A stretch of DNA of 64,000 nt from a virus, in the IMG/VR virus record IMGVR_UViG_3300034018_003010; one strand, given 5' to 3'. How positions within the stretch are numbered: position 1 is the first letter of the stretch; every line of letters begins with the position of its first letter. The notes under the pieces are model-generated. The model ran no database searches, had not been told where the DNA came from, and worked only from the letters and a program-made list of their open reading frames with translations. The position numbers were made by a program, and so were the translations under genes. This document shows positions 38,927 to 49,575 of this stretch, in pieces.

Positions 38927-41518
38927 TTAGCTCTCGCAACTTGTACAAGTCAGAATTGATCTTGAAAAAGCCTGGGCGGCATTAACGGATATCTGGTAAT
39001 AAAGACCCTTGATGCCCATTTTCCAGCCTTCAATAATCAAAGCATTAACATCTTTAGTAGGAACAGAAGGATGAATCATAAGGTTAAGACTTTGACCTTG
39101 ATCAATATACTTCTGTCTTTGTGCTGCCTGAATCATAATCTCTTTAGGACTAATTTCGGCAAAAGTTTTGAATACATTCTTCTCTTCTTCGGTAAGACAT
39201 TCCAAATGCTGGACGCTTCCGCCATTCATAAGAATGCTCTTCCATACTTCTTCAGTATCATGTCCCTTCGCTTTCAAAAGCTTCTCAAGCTCTGCATTCT
39301 TGATTGTAAATTTACCCTTTTGCAGATCCTTAATGTAATAGTTGGTTCTATGAGGTTCAATACCTTCGGAAACCTGTCCTAAAATAAACGCCGAAGATTT
39401 TGTAGGGGCTATAGCAAGAAGAGTAGTGTTTCTTCTGCCATATCCTTTGCATACTTCTGGCTCACCATATTCTTCTGCTAGCTTTGCACTGGCTTTATAT
39501 GCAGCTTCCTTGATGTTTTTTGCAATTTGAGTATTATGGAACTTGGCTTCCATACTCTCCCAAGGAATCATCTTGCTTTGTAAGTAGCTATGCCAGCCAA
39601 GCCAGCCAACACCAAGAGCACGATGCCTTTCGGCAAATTTAACAGCCCTTTCCATAAACTTAATCTTCTTGGCTTTTTCAATGAATTCTGTCATCACAGC
39701 ATCAAGAAGATAGACAAGAAGCTCTACGGCATCTGTGTCTTTCCATTCATCATAATAAAGAATATTCATACTACTTAAATCACAGACAAATGATTCGTAT
39801 TCATTGTCTGGCAAAAAAATTTCCTGACATAGATTGCTATGTGTAATTTTTAATTCTTTATCTTTATAGCAATCTGCTGTATTATTATTTGCATTGTCAA
39901 TAAATGAAATATATGGATAGCCAAAGTTGGCTCTCATTTCGAGAACTTTAGCCCACACCTTTCTTTTGTCTGCATCTCCATTAATCATTTCTTCCATCCA
40001 ATAGTCTGGAACACAGACTCCGAATGAAAGATCTTGAATTGGGAATCCTTCAGTTCTTATCTGAAGGAATTCCATAATGTCGGCATGGTCAATAGGAAGA
40101 TAAGCAGCGAAGTTACCACGACGAGTGTTTCCACACACCATCACTCTGTCTTGATATCTAACTAAAAGCCTACCCTCTGGTACTATAGCACAATAAACTT
40201 TTCCTTTGTAATATTCTTCAGTTTTATTAATTGACTCGCCCCCTCTGTAGGAGTTTTCGCTTATATTTATACAATGCAAATCACGCCTGTTGCCGTAGGC
40301 AGGGCGAATTCTAACTCTGGTTTTTAAATCAGCCAATGCAGCAATTGCTTGAACAATATCTATATTTGTTTTATCTATGCTTGAATATGTAATGCATCCT
40401 CCATGAGATACACTTCCATCCCAACAAGATAGTTCCTCAATAAATTCTTGAGCCCAAATTCCATTTATTTCTTCAATTCTTACCCATTCAGAAAATGTTT
40501 TCTTTTTGACAGATTCTTCATATTCAAAATTAATACTAATTGTTTTATCTGGATTGGTTTTCTTTTCGTATTTAATTCCAATATCGTTTAGGATTTTTTC
40601 TAAGCGTTGAACCTTTCTTTCTTTAGCAAAATGAAAACGAATTTTTCTATTTGCGTCATCTTTTCTTCCATCCGCTTGATATGCAATCCTAAGTCTATCA
40701 AAATTGCTTAGACCATCTCCTTTGCCAGCCCAACCAGCTAATGGAATTCTATTGTCTCTATGGAGATTTAAATCCTGTGCTTCTACAATTTCAGTATTGG
40801 ATGGCCAATAACGCTCCCTGTCTTGCATTTTTCTGCGGCAAATAACCATGCGATGGTTAGGAGTCACCTTGATGGAAACAGAATTTTCAGTCTTTTTGCC
40901 AGAAAGACAAATTAAATTTCCTTCAAAATCATTTACAACCATTTCATATTTTTCAGTAAATGAAACATTATTAAATTCGTCAAGCTGCGCCAATTTATCA
41001 GTTGGCAAAACTTCTCTAAAATCTTTAAATCCATTATTTGTTAATACTTCAGTTCCTTCTATATAACAACTGCCTTGGCTAACAATTTGAATTAGGTTTT
41101 CAAACGCTTGCATAAAGTGAACAGCACCAGAGCTTTCTCCGTTGTTTCTGATAGATGCTCCTCTAGGTCTTAAGTTTCCAAATGTAGCAGAGGTTCCTCC
41201 ACCATATTTGGTCATCATTGCTACTTCTGCCCAAGTATATGCAATAGATTCCATAGAATCACCTATAGTGCTGCCAAAGCAACTAATGGGCAATCCTCTT
41301 TCATTGCCAAAGTTTGTCCAAATAGGAGTTGATAGGCTGTACCAACCCTTTTGAAAGTTTTCTTTAAACTTGGCAGCAAATCCCGGTTTGTTAAGCAGCT
41401 TTTCGGCAGTATTACAAATCTCATCAACTCTTTGATCGACAGTTTGACCATCGACCAAATAGTCTCTCTCAAGGAACACTTGAGACATTTCAGTAAGCCA
41501 TCTGTAGTTGCTGTTCAT
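38927..41518 (-). CDS. nrdA: Ribonucleotide reductase class I alpha subunit, intein-containing, no ATP-cone
   Basis: LPISC, GGGTS, SNLCQEI (active-site NxCxE), AIAPT.SS, QKYIDQGQSLN, LYY, C-terminal CTSC. Confidence 0.96.
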   Translation of the reverse strand: MNSNYRWLTEMSQVFLERDYLVDGQTVDQRVDEICNTAEKLLNKPGFAAKFKENFQKGWYSLSTPIWTNFGNERGLPISCFGSTIGDSMESIAYTWAEVAMMTKYGGGTSATFGNLRPRGASIRNNGESSGAVHFMQAFENLIQIVSQGSCYIEGTEVLTNNGFKDFREVLPTDKLAQLDEFNNVSFTEKYEMVVNDFEGNLICLSGKKTENSVSIKVTPNHRMVICRRKMQDRERYWPSNTEIVEAQDLNLHRDNRIPLAGWAGKGDGLSNFDRLRIAYQADGRKDDANRKIRFHFAKERKVQRLEKILNDIGIKYEKKTNPDKTISINFEYEESVKKKTFSEWVRIEEINGIWAQEFIEELSCWDGSVSHGGCITYSSIDKTNIDIVQAIAALADLKTRVRIRPAYGNRRDLHCINISENSYRGGESINKTEEYYKGKVYCAIVPEGRLLVRYQDRVMVCGNTRRGNFAAYLPIDHADIMEFLQIRTEGFPIQDLSFGVCVPDYWMEEMINGDADKRKVWAKVLEMRANFGYPYISFIDNANNNTADCYKDKELKITHSNLCQEIFLPDNEYESFVCDLSSMNILYYDEWKDTDAVELLVYLLDAVMTEFIEKAKKIKFMERAVKFAERHRALGVGWLGWHSYLQSKMIPWESMEAKFHNTQIAKNIKEAAYKASAKLAEEYGEPEVCKGYGRRNTTLLAIAPTKSSAFILGQVSEGIEPHRTNYYIKDLQKGKFTIKNAELEKLLKAKGHDTEEVWKSILMNGGSVQHLECLTEEEKNVFKTFAEISPKEIMIQAAQRQKYIDQGQSLNLMIHPSVPTKDVNALIIEGWKMGIKGLYYQISVNAAQAFSRSILTCTSCES
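40127..41068 (-). mobile_element. 314-aa intein with LAGLIDADG-type endonuclease in nrdA
   Basis: SQGS|CYIEGTEVLT..VTPNHRM..YQADG..LSCWDG..VYCAIVPEG.LLVR..VMVCGN|TRRG. Confidence 0.92.
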
Positions 41519-42504
41519 TAGAATAAGTCCTCTGCTGTTGTTGGCTTTACATTTTTGGAATATGTCACAGGCTTCTTATGGAAGAAGTCTGTGTTCACTT
41601 CGGCATGTATTTCATCTTCAAACCATTTTAACTCAGATACCTTATCTGGATCAACATCAAAAACCTTTTTGCCTCCTACCATTTCAAGGCTTTCATTAAA
41701 CCTTTGCTTGATATATTCTTTTACATTTTCTTTTGACAAGAAAGAAAGTTCTCCAGCTTCGAAAATCCAATCAATAATTTTCGCTTCGGCTTCATATGCC
41801 TTTTTGCAAGCTCTATACAGTTTGTTATAAAAGTCTTCATTGAACCAATCGGGAAATTCTTTTTGAATAGTCTTTATTAAATAAACACCAAGAAGAGCAT
41901 GTATCTGCTCTTCTTTTTGAGTCGCTTGAACAACATTATCAATATCTTTTAAACAATTCATATACTTGTTAAAAGATTTTATAACTAAAAACTGAGAGAA
42001 TAGACTAACATTTTCTATGAATATGCTAAACAAAGTTAAAGTTAAAGTATAATTTTCATCGCTATTATCAGAAGCGCCTTTCAAATATTTTGTCAAGTAA
42101 TCAACTCTACCTTGAATAACAGGATTTTGTAATAGTTGATCAAATTCATTATTCATTCCTAGAACTTCTAGGAGATGAGAATATGCATCTGAATGCCTTA
42201 CTTCTGATTCACCAAATGTTACACCAACTTGATCGAATTCAGCTTTTGGAAACCTTTCGCCAAGTTTAGTCCAGAATTTCTTAACGCTTATTTCAATTTG
42301 GGAAATTGCAAGCATTGCATTCTTGAGAATGCTTTTTTCTACATCGTTTAATTTTACATTGAAATCTTGAATATCACCTATAAAGTTCCATTCGCTAACA
42401 AGCCAATAGCTATGAGATATTGCGTTTTTGTATTCTGTAACTTCTGGGTATTCAAAAGGTTTGAAAGCTACTCTTTTTTCAAATATATTTCTTTTAGAAG
42501 ACAT
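41518..42504 (-). CDS. nrdB: Ribonucleotide reductase class I beta subunit
   Basis: FKPFEYP, ESEVRHSDAYS, IENVSLFSQF, EEQIH, DFF; GGAGG SD before ATG 42504. Confidence 0.95.
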   Translation of the reverse strand: MSSKRNIFEKRVAFKPFEYPEVTEYKNAISHSYWLVSEWNFIGDIQDFNVKLNDVEKSILKNAMLAISQIEISVKKFWTKLGERFPKAEFDQVGVTFGESEVRHSDAYSHLLEVLGMNNEFDQLLQNPVIQGRVDYLTKYLKGASDNSDENYTLTLTLFSIFIENVSLFSQFLVIKSFNKYMNCLKDIDNVVQATQKEEQIHALLGVYLIKTIQKEFPDWFNEDFYNKLYRACKKAYEAEAKIIDWIFEAGELSFLSKENVKEYIKQRFNESLEMVGGKKVFDVDPDKVSELKWFEDEIHAEVNTDFFHKKPVTYSKNVKPTTAEDLF

Positions 42505-42594
42505 TATTCCTCCGAATGGCAAAATTTTCTGGGATAGATATCTAGTCTTGGGACTAAAATTATACTCCAAAAAATTTTTCCATTCAAACGAAAT

Positions 42595-44607
42595 TTAGTT
42601 TTCCATTTTTGTTGTTCCATCTTTTAAAACTAAATTAACTGTATCACATCCTGCCAAAGCATCAAGAAGGTCATCGTGGTGAGTAACAAGCCATACTTGT
42701 TTGTCTTTTGCAAGTTCTTGAATCATATTAATGATTCCATTTACACCTTGAACATCTATGTTTGATGTAACTTCATCTAAAAATACTAAGCTAGGGATTC
42801 TTCCAGAATTGAGAGACATAATGTGGGCAAAAGCTTGAGAAAGCGCCAAGTTGATTCTGCCTTTTTGGCCGCTACTCAACGCATAATATTTTATATCTTT
42901 CTCAAATTTTGGAGACTTTGTTATTGTCTCTTCAAACTCATTGTTAAAATGTATTTTCATATTTCCTTCAATAAGGAAATGCATCCAGTAATTTATATTT
43001 TCATTCAAAGCAGGAACTATTTCATCAATAACATATTTTCTTATTCCAGAATCTCCAAAAGCTTCAATCCAAAAATCAAAATAACCATTCATACTTACAA
43101 GATTGCTGTAATCTTTTTTCTTTTGTCCAAGATCTTCACAGGTATTTTTATACTTTTCAATAGATGACTGAAGCAAATCCTCGTAAGGATTGCTCCCTGC
43201 CATTTCTAATTCTTTTTCCTTAATTTGCTCGACTATAGTTTCCTTGCGACTATTAAGTGCGGCCAGCTTTGTTTCAGACTCTGGCCTTTTCATTTTACGA
43301 ATGGCATCAATCTGATTGGAATTCACTGCTTTTTCTTGCTGTGTTTTTGCCAAACCTGCTTTCAATTTTTTATGATTATCTGACAAGACCGTCATTGCAT
43401 CGTTTTTTACTTTAATTTCAACAACTTTATCTTTTACAAAAATATCAACTTCTTCAATTGATGCCAAAATCTCTTGTTGCTCTTTTTTGTGTGAATCTAT
43501 AGTTTGCTGATAATTGCTAGTATCAATTGTCGAGTGACAATGACCGCACTTAACTCCGGGTTCTAAAGAGTTGAGCTTTTTTATAGAAAGAGCTATCTCT
43601 GATTGTTTGTTTTTCAAATATGTTTGCTTTTGATTAAAAGTCAGCAATTCAGAATCCAAACTTGATTTTATTTTTTTTTCATCTTCAAACTTGGAATATA
43701 TTTCTTCCATTTTCTTTTCTATTTTTTCTAAAAGAACTATTTGTTCCTGAATCTTGTTTTCCAAGTCAGGAATTTTTGCTTGTTCTGACTCATATTGAGC
43801 CAGACCATTGTCTGATTCAATAAGTTTCTTTATTTCTGTTTCTAGCACACAAACAGAATCATTTAATTTTTTGATATCATCTTCTTTTTGTTTCACCCAA
43901 TTCTTTTTAGAAATCTCCAAACTTTGAACATTTTTATTTTCTTCTTCTACTTTTCTTTCTGAGAAAGAACATTCTTTTTCTTGGAACTTTATTTTTTCTT
44001 TATGTTCTTTGTACATCTTTTTTGCATTTTCATTGTAGTTTCTGTACTTCTCAAGAGATAGCAAATTCTCAACAATCTGCCTCTTGTTGGCAGCATCACA
44101 TTCGAGAAATGAAGATGTGGAATCATCTGTAAAAACAACGATATTTATAAATGTTTCATAATTAAGACCAAGTATATTTTCTATTTCTTTCTGCGTTGCT
44201 GGCATTCCTCCGAGTGTTATTTCTGTGGTATCATCCCACACTCCGTTTGAACTTTTCCAAAGACGCAAAGAATCTGGTTTTCTTGTTCTTAAAACTCTGT
44301 AATCATCCCATGCAACTTCTACTTCCAAGTTTTTGCCAACTTGATTGTTAATTACATCAGATTGTTTAATCTTAGATGGATTTTTTACGGTTTTTCCAAA
44401 CAATCCATAAACAATAGCATCTATAATACTTGATTTTCCAACACCGTTACTGCTGTGTTTTTCATCATTTTCATCTGGAGATACATCTAGATTTTTTCCT
44501 TTGATTACAACTACATTTCCATAGTTGGAAAAATTTACACAAATGCCATCCTTGCCATAGCAAAAAAAATTCTTTGCAGTAAGCTTCTTAAAATTAATCT
44601 TTTTCAT
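42595..44607 (-). CDS. Rad50/SbcC-like recombination ATPase (T4 gp46-like)
   Basis: Walker A NGVGKSS, coiled coil with CGHC hook, LSSGQ signature, Walker B VFLDE, VTH. Confidence 0.95.
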   Translation of the reverse strand: MKKINFKKLTAKNFFCYGKDGICVNFSNYGNVVVIKGKNLDVSPDENDEKHSSNGVGKSSIIDAIVYGLFGKTVKNPSKIKQSDVINNQVGKNLEVEVAWDDYRVLRTRKPDSLRLWKSSNGVWDDTTEITLGGMPATQKEIENILGLNYETFINIVVFTDDSTSSFLECDAANKRQIVENLLSLEKYRNYNENAKKMYKEHKEKIKFQEKECSFSERKVEEENKNVQSLEISKKNWVKQKEDDIKKLNDSVCVLETEIKKLIESDNGLAQYESEQAKIPDLENKIQEQIVLLEKIEKKMEEIYSKFEDEKKIKSSLDSELLTFNQKQTYLKNKQSEIALSIKKLNSLEPGVKCGHCHSTIDTSNYQQTIDSHKKEQQEILASIEEVDIFVKDKVVEIKVKNDAMTVLSDNHKKLKAGLAKTQQEKAVNSNQIDAIRKMKRPESETKLAALNSRKETIVEQIKEKELEMAGSNPYEDLLQSSIEKYKNTCEDLGQKKKDYSNLVSMNGYFDFWIEAFGDSGIRKYVIDEIVPALNENINYWMHFLIEGNMKIHFNNEFEETITKSPKFEKDIKYYALSSGQKGRINLALSQAFAHIMSLNSGRIPSLVFLDEVTSNIDVQGVNGIINMIQELAKDKQVWLVTHHDDLLDALAGCDTVNLVLKDGTTKMEN

Positions 44608-45682
44608 TGTTCGATCCTTCGTATTGAGTTATTGATTGGCCTAGACTAACAAGAATATTCCTATCAAGGCCTTCTGGATTGACTTGTTGAACATACCTTT
44701 CTATAAGTTTATCTTCATCAGATAATATTGCTTTTGCATCATCAAGAACATGTTCGTTTATTTCTCTTGGTTTTTGTCGTACTTTAACAGTATCAATTCC
44801 AAGTTCTTCAATCTTGCTTTCTATTTCTTTTTTGTCCAAACTGCCAACATCTACGTCTGCTATTAAAGTAACAAAAGACCTTTCAAGCTCTTGCTTGGTA
44901 AACTTGTGTAATTCACTTTGATTGATATAATGATGCTTTGGGCTAAAGTCATTTTTTATATAAACTTTAGTATTGTTGGAAGTATCCAAGATTATTACAT
45001 GTTTTTCTTCTCCAGCTTCTCCAAAAGAAAGCTGAAGAGGGCTGCCAATATATTCCATATTGGAAGATAATTTTTGTGCACCATGATAGTGTCCAAAGAA
45101 GGCGTGTTTATATTCTTTAAATGCCTTCCTATCCATTTTTATCATGTCGCCATCATGTTCTACACTTACGTCTGCGATAGAACCTGCGCTATTTAATTTG
45201 GCCCCATCAATTGATAGGTGCCCAAGCAAATATATATTTGCAACATTGTTTCTTGGAAGTTTTTCAAGCTCTTCCAAAGGATTGTGTGTATATGGAATGA
45301 AGTGCCACACAGAATCACATATTTTTAATTCTTTTGTTTCTGTAACTGTTTCAAAATTATTAAGTGCTCCAAATGGATAGATGCTGTTAACATTCCAATT
45401 GTTGGAAAACCACATATCATGATTACCAAGCAAAAGCCAAGTTTTAAACTTGTGATTGCTATGGGATTCAAGAATCTTGAATACTTCTGTGTAGGTAAGA
45501 GAATCAATCTTTTGCCGTTCATGCAAAAGATCTCCACCGAAGAGTACGGCATCGACTTGCTCCTTGACTGCAACTGAAAACACCCAATCAAGTGCTTTCA
45601 AACAATCATGCAAGCGTTCAGCCTTCCTCTTGTGAGGATGGACATGGATATCAGAAAATAATAGTATTCGTGCCATGCCCAT
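44594..45682 (-). CDS. Mre11/SbcD-like nuclease (T4 gp47-like)
   Basis: FSDIH, GGDL, GNHD, GHYH, YIGSPLQLSFGE. Confidence 0.95.
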   Translation of the reverse strand: MGMARILLFSDIHVHPHKRKAERLHDCLKALDWVFSVAVKEQVDAVLFGGDLLHERQKIDSLTYTEVFKILESHSNHKFKTWLLLGNHDMWFSNNWNVNSIYPFGALNNFETVTETKELKICDSVWHFIPYTHNPLEELEKLPRNNVANIYLLGHLSIDGAKLNSAGSIADVSVEHDGDMIKMDRKAFKEYKHAFFGHYHGAQKLSSNMEYIGSPLQLSFGEAGEEKHVIILDTSNNTKVYIKNDFSPKHHYINQSELHKFTKQELERSFVTLIADVDVGSLDKKEIESKIEELGIDTVKVRQKPREINEHVLDDAKAILSDEDKLIERYVQQVNPEGLDRNILVSLGQSITQYEGSNNEKD

Positions 45683-45747
45683 GATTATAGGGTTTCGGCA
45701 AAAAGAAACAACTAGATATTCAGGATGGCTTAGACTTCTTTTTCAGG

Positions 45748-46071
45748 TTATTTTTTTCCTTCAGCTTCGTCTTTTTCATCTTTTAACATTTGCCACACAT
45801 TAAAAACTTTTATTTTGGGTGCTGGAACAGATGCTGTAGCTCCTCCCAATCCGCCTCCAAGGCCTCCGCCTAAATCGGCACCGCCGCCTGCGCCTCCAAT
45901 ATCGCCTCCTGCCGGGGCAGCACCAGCACCACCTAAACCACCTAAGTCACCACCAACTGGTGCTGCGCCACCGGCAGAAGGAGAAGACCCTGCGGCTCCG
46001 CCCGCTGGTGCAGCACCAGCGGCATCCGCTTCTAATATCGCATGTTGAATAAATTCTCTAAATGTAATCAC
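45748..46071 (-). CDS. Gly/Ala-rich small protein, probable internal head protein
   Basis: MITFREFIQHAILE; TAAATA just upstream. Confidence 0.7.
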   Translation of the reverse strand: MITFREFIQHAILEADAAGAAPAGGAAGSSPSAGGAAPVGGDLGGLGGAGAAPAGGDIGGAGGGADLGGGLGGGLGGATASVPAPKIKVFNVWQMLKDEKDEAEGKK

Positions 46072-46075
46072 ATTT

Positions 46076-46097
46076 TATTTATGTTTAACAATAAATA
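46076..46097. promoter_or_regulatory. Back-to-back late-promoter-like TAAATA boxes
   Basis: TAAATA on - (46076-46081) and + (46092-46097), each 4-6 nt before divergent start codons. Confidence 0.6.
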
Positions 46098-46103
46098 ATT
46101 TAT

Positions 46104-46547
46104 ATGATAAACTACAATGAATGGCTAAAAATATCAGAAGAAGTTTTGCCAACACAACAAACTGTTCCACAAAATGTTGAACCTGTAAGTCCAGAAGCAG
46201 ATACTAAAAAAGCCTTGCCTTTAATGCCAAAAATAAAACCTTGGAAGGCTGGAAAGGATGAAATTGTAAGATTTTGGAAAAGTATTGCTGGTAATTTGCC
46301 ACTCTCATTAAAACCAATACCTTCCGATCACAAAGGAACAACAATTCAGGAAGATGGCATAAGAATTACTGGTAGTAAAGAATTTATAACGAGCGTTTTA
46401 TCAAGACTAAAAGACTTTTTAACTTTTGAAAACCCAAATGAAAAGTTAGTTGTTTCATATAGACAGTCACCAAAGAGTTTTGCCAAAGGAAATAGAAACA
46501 GCTATAGTTTTTATCTTCAAGTAAAAGACCGTGGAAAAACAGATTAA
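46104..46547 (+). CDS. Hypothetical protein with capsid-targeting-like N-terminus
   Basis: MINYNEWLKISEE. Confidence 0.7.
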   Translation: MINYNEWLKISEEVLPTQQTVPQNVEPVSPEADTKKALPLMPKIKPWKAGKDEIVRFWKSIAGNLPLSLKPIPSDHKGTTIQEDGIRITGSKEFITSVLSRLKDFLTFENPNEKLVVSYRQSPKSFAKGNRNSYSFYLQVKDRGKTD

Positions 46548-46795
46548 CAAATAATTAAATTTTCATTTTCTTCATTTTCTTTATAACTTATTATTTCTAT
46601 AGTTTTTTCAATTGTTTTATTAATTTTTTCATGTAATAAATTTTGGCTGTCCTCAATGCGCTGGAATTTTTTTTCTAGTATCCCTAGAATCTTAACCGCT
46701 TCGGCAATTTTTTCGTTCGACATAAAATCCTCTTCGGTAAAGCGACAAAGGTATTTATGGCAAACGGAAATGGAATTTCGTACTTTTGGTAGCAA
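46544..46795 (-). CDS. Small hypothetical protein (true start probably the internal MSNEK)
   Basis: GAGG SD before the internal ATG; coiled-coil-like. Confidence 0.5.
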   Translation of the reverse strand: MLPKVRNSISVCHKYLCRFTEEDFMSNEKIAEAVKILGILEKKFQRIEDSQNLLHEKINKTIEKTIEIISYKENEENENLIIC

Positions 46796-46807
46796 AAGGA
46801 ACCCTAC

Positions 46808-47863
46808 ATGTCTTCTATAGAATTAACGGAAGAACAAAAAAACGCTATACTTTTCATCCGTGAAAATTATAAGAAATCAAAATTTATCAGCATGGGAGGA
46901 TATGCTGGCACTGGAAAAAGTACATGTTTAAAAGAAATAGCTAAATTTTTCCCTAGCTTTGCAATATGTGCATACACAGGCAAGGCTTGCAATGTGTTGA
47001 AAAGAAAAGGAGTTTACACAGCAGAAACAATACATTCTACTATTTACGATGTAAAAACTGATGAAAATAATGATCCAGTTTTTACATTAAAAAGAAAAAA
47101 TAACATCGGTTGTGGCGGTTTCATAGTTGATGAATCAAGTATGGTTTCTGAAGAAATATTCGATAACTTATTATGGTATAGTCTTCCAATTATATTTATT
47201 GGAGATCATGGACAGCTAGAGCCAATAGGAACTGATTTTAATTTGATGAAAAATCCAGATATAAAACTGGAGACAATTCATCGAAATGCCAACAATATTG
47301 CAAAGTTTGCAGATTACCTTAGAAAAGGTGGAGAAGCCGTTAAATACGAATCTCCAGACAATACTGTTATTATTAAGAAAAAAGGAAGTATTGCAGTTGA
47401 TGAAATGAAGAATTCTGATCAAATAATTTGTGCTTACAATAAGACCAGACTTTCTATTAACAATTTTATGAGAAAACAATATAAATTTGAAGACAAAATA
47501 AATCCAGGTGAGAAAATTATCTGCTTGAAAAACAACAGGAATCTTGGTATATTCAACGGTATGCAAGTAGTTGTTGAATCCATTCGTGGCAGAAGACTCA
47601 TATTTAGAAATGATCTTGGCAAGAAGTTTGATATTTTAGTGGACTCCAACCAATTTGGAGTCGAAAAACTTCTTGAATCGGCTAATAGAGATAGCGAACA
47701 AGGATATTTTGATTATGCTTTTTGTATAACTTGCCACAAAAGCCAAGGCGATGAATGGAATAAAATTCTTGTTTTAGAAGAAAAAAGCAGCATATGGGAC
47801 CACAAAAGATGGGCTTATACTGCTGCATCTAGAGCAAGAGAGGGTATAATATGGGCTGTATGA
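46808..47863 (+). CDS. SF1B helicase, RecD/Dda-like
   Basis: GYAGTGKS, TIHS, VDESSM, IGDHGQL, AFCITCHKSQG, YTAASRA. Confidence 0.93.
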   Translation: MSSIELTEEQKNAILFIRENYKKSKFISMGGYAGTGKSTCLKEIAKFFPSFAICAYTGKACNVLKRKGVYTAETIHSTIYDVKTDENNDPVFTLKRKNNIGCGGFIVDESSMVSEEIFDNLLWYSLPIIFIGDHGQLEPIGTDFNLMKNPDIKLETIHRNANNIAKFADYLRKGGEAVKYESPDNTVIIKKKGSIAVDEMKNSDQIICAYNKTRLSINNFMRKQYKFEDKINPGEKIICLKNNRNLGIFNGMQVVVESIRGRRLIFRNDLGKKFDILVDSNQFGVEKLLESANRDSEQGYFDYAFCITCHKSQGDEWNKILVLEEKSSIWDHKRWAYTAASRAREGIIWAV

Positions 47864-47872
47864 GGAGAAAAA

Positions 47873-49285
47873 ATGGCGCACATTACTGTAAACAATGATA
47901 TAAGTATTTTGCAAACAGAAAATCAAGATTTATTGAAGTTCTTGTTTGAGCAACTTCGTTTCCGTGACATATCTTATTTTCATAACCCAAGATACAAAGC
48001 AAAACTTTGGGATGGCTTTACAAACTTTTTTAATAAAAACAATGGCAAGTTTTTAAGCGGTTTACTTCCAGAAGTAATTGGCGCTTGCAAGCATTTTGGA
48101 GAGCACCCAACTTACAAAGACAATAGAACAAAAATTGATTTCGCTATAAAGGAAATAGACAAAGACTTTTTAAAACCTTTTACTCCTAAAGAAGAAAAAG
48201 TTATAACACTTGAAAATTATCAAGTCGAATTAGTTAATCAATCAATTAAAAACAAAAGAGGTATTATATTTGCTCCCACAAGTTCTGGGAAGTCACTAAC
48301 AATGCTTTCGATACTAAAATCTTTACCGCCAAATACAAAAACTCTTATATTGCAAAATAGAAAAACACTTGCTGCACAAAATTACGATGAATATGTAAAA
48401 TGGGGGTTGAAAAATGTAGGAAGAATATGGCAAGGCTATAATGAACCAAATATATTTACCGTATCAACTGTTCAATCAATTGAAAAAGCAGAACATATTT
48501 TAGCAGATACCGAAGTTCTTCTAGTTGATGAAATTCATGATATGATGAGCGCTGGACCTAAAAACATCTACAGAAAACTAAAAAATTGCTCTGTTAGAAT
48601 TGCAGTTAGCGCAACTCCGTTTAAACACGGAGAAAAAGATAAGATACAAAAATTTTATGTTAAGGGGTTTTTTGGACCCGTATTCAAAATACAATCTGCT
48701 GAAGGAGGGGTTCTAAAGACAAAAGAACTACAGAGTAGAGGAAGACTATCTAAAAGCAAGTGCTATTTTCACACAATAAAAGAGCCAGCTCTTGACTATG
48801 AAATTTATATCGATGCTGTTACAAAAGGCTTGGTAGAAAACGATATTTTTCACCAAAAAGTAGTCGAATTAGTAATGAACATGAAAGGTCGCAGTCTTAT
48901 CCTTGTAGAGAGAATTGCTCATGGTGATGTATTGAAAAATTTAATGCCTCATGCTCATTGGGTAAAAGGCGAGGACAACAATGAAACCAGGAAAGAAGTT
49001 ATTGATAAACTTCAAAAATCAGAAAATTGTGTAGCTATAGCTACTCATGGTATATTTAATACAGGAATTAACGTATTTGTTCACAACCTCGTCAATGCTG
49101 CCGGGGGGCAAGCAGAACATCTTATTATTCAAAGAATGGGCAGAGGATTAAGAACAGCAGATGATAAAAATATATTAAACTACCATGATTTTGTATTTGA
49201 TATTAATCCTTATTTGTATAAGCATAGCAAAAAAAGAATTAAAATTCTAAAAGATGAGGGTCATGATGTTGAAGTTTTAGATTAA
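47873..49285 (+). CDS. uvsW: SF2 helicase, UvsW-like
   Basis: WDG, YQ..PTSSGKS, VDEIH, SAT, TGIN, QRMGRGLR. Confidence 0.9.
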   Translation: MAHITVNNDISILQTENQDLLKFLFEQLRFRDISYFHNPRYKAKLWDGFTNFFNKNNGKFLSGLLPEVIGACKHFGEHPTYKDNRTKIDFAIKEIDKDFLKPFTPKEEKVITLENYQVELVNQSIKNKRGIIFAPTSSGKSLTMLSILKSLPPNTKTLILQNRKTLAAQNYDEYVKWGLKNVGRIWQGYNEPNIFTVSTVQSIEKAEHILADTEVLLVDEIHDMMSAGPKNIYRKLKNCSVRIAVSATPFKHGEKDKIQKFYVKGFFGPVFKIQSAEGGVLKTKELQSRGRLSKSKCYFHTIKEPALDYEIYIDAVTKGLVENDIFHQKVVELVMNMKGRSLILVERIAHGDVLKNLMPHAHWVKGEDNNETRKEVIDKLQKSENCVAIATHGIFNTGINVFVHNLVNAAGGQAEHLIIQRMGRGLRTADDKNILNYHDFVFDINPYLYKHSKKRIKILKDEGHDVEVLD

Positions 49286-49560
49286 TTTTCCAAACTTCTT
49301 GCTAAATTAGACAAAGTACAATTTTTAGATGTTATGCAAATATCTATTTCATCTTTTTTAGAATCATCTAATTTGTCATACATAAAATTGCTTTTTATGA
49401 TTTCTTCAATCATTTTTATAGTCTTTTCATCAAAATCTTTTAATTGCTTTGAATTAAAATCTTTATTTGATATATTCATTTTAGGTTGGATTAAATCCAA
49501 CAAAGATTTCTTTGCTTGCTTGTAATCTTTTTCTTCTAACCAAATTTTAAAGCTAGTCAT
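49282..49560 (-). CDS. Small protein with capsid-targeting-like N-terminus
   Basis: MTSFKIWLEE. Confidence 0.65.
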   Translation of the reverse strand: MTSFKIWLEEKDYKQAKKSLLDLIQPKMNISNKDFNSKQLKDFDEKTIKMIEEIIKSNFMYDKLDDSKKDEIDICITSKNCTLSNLARSLEN

Positions 49561-49561
49561 G

Positions 49562-49575
49562 ATAAATATATTTAT
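49562..49575. promoter_or_regulatory. Palindromic pair of TAAATA boxes between divergent genes
   Basis: ATAAATATATTTAT between ATG 49560 (-) and ATG 49574 (+). Confidence 0.6.
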
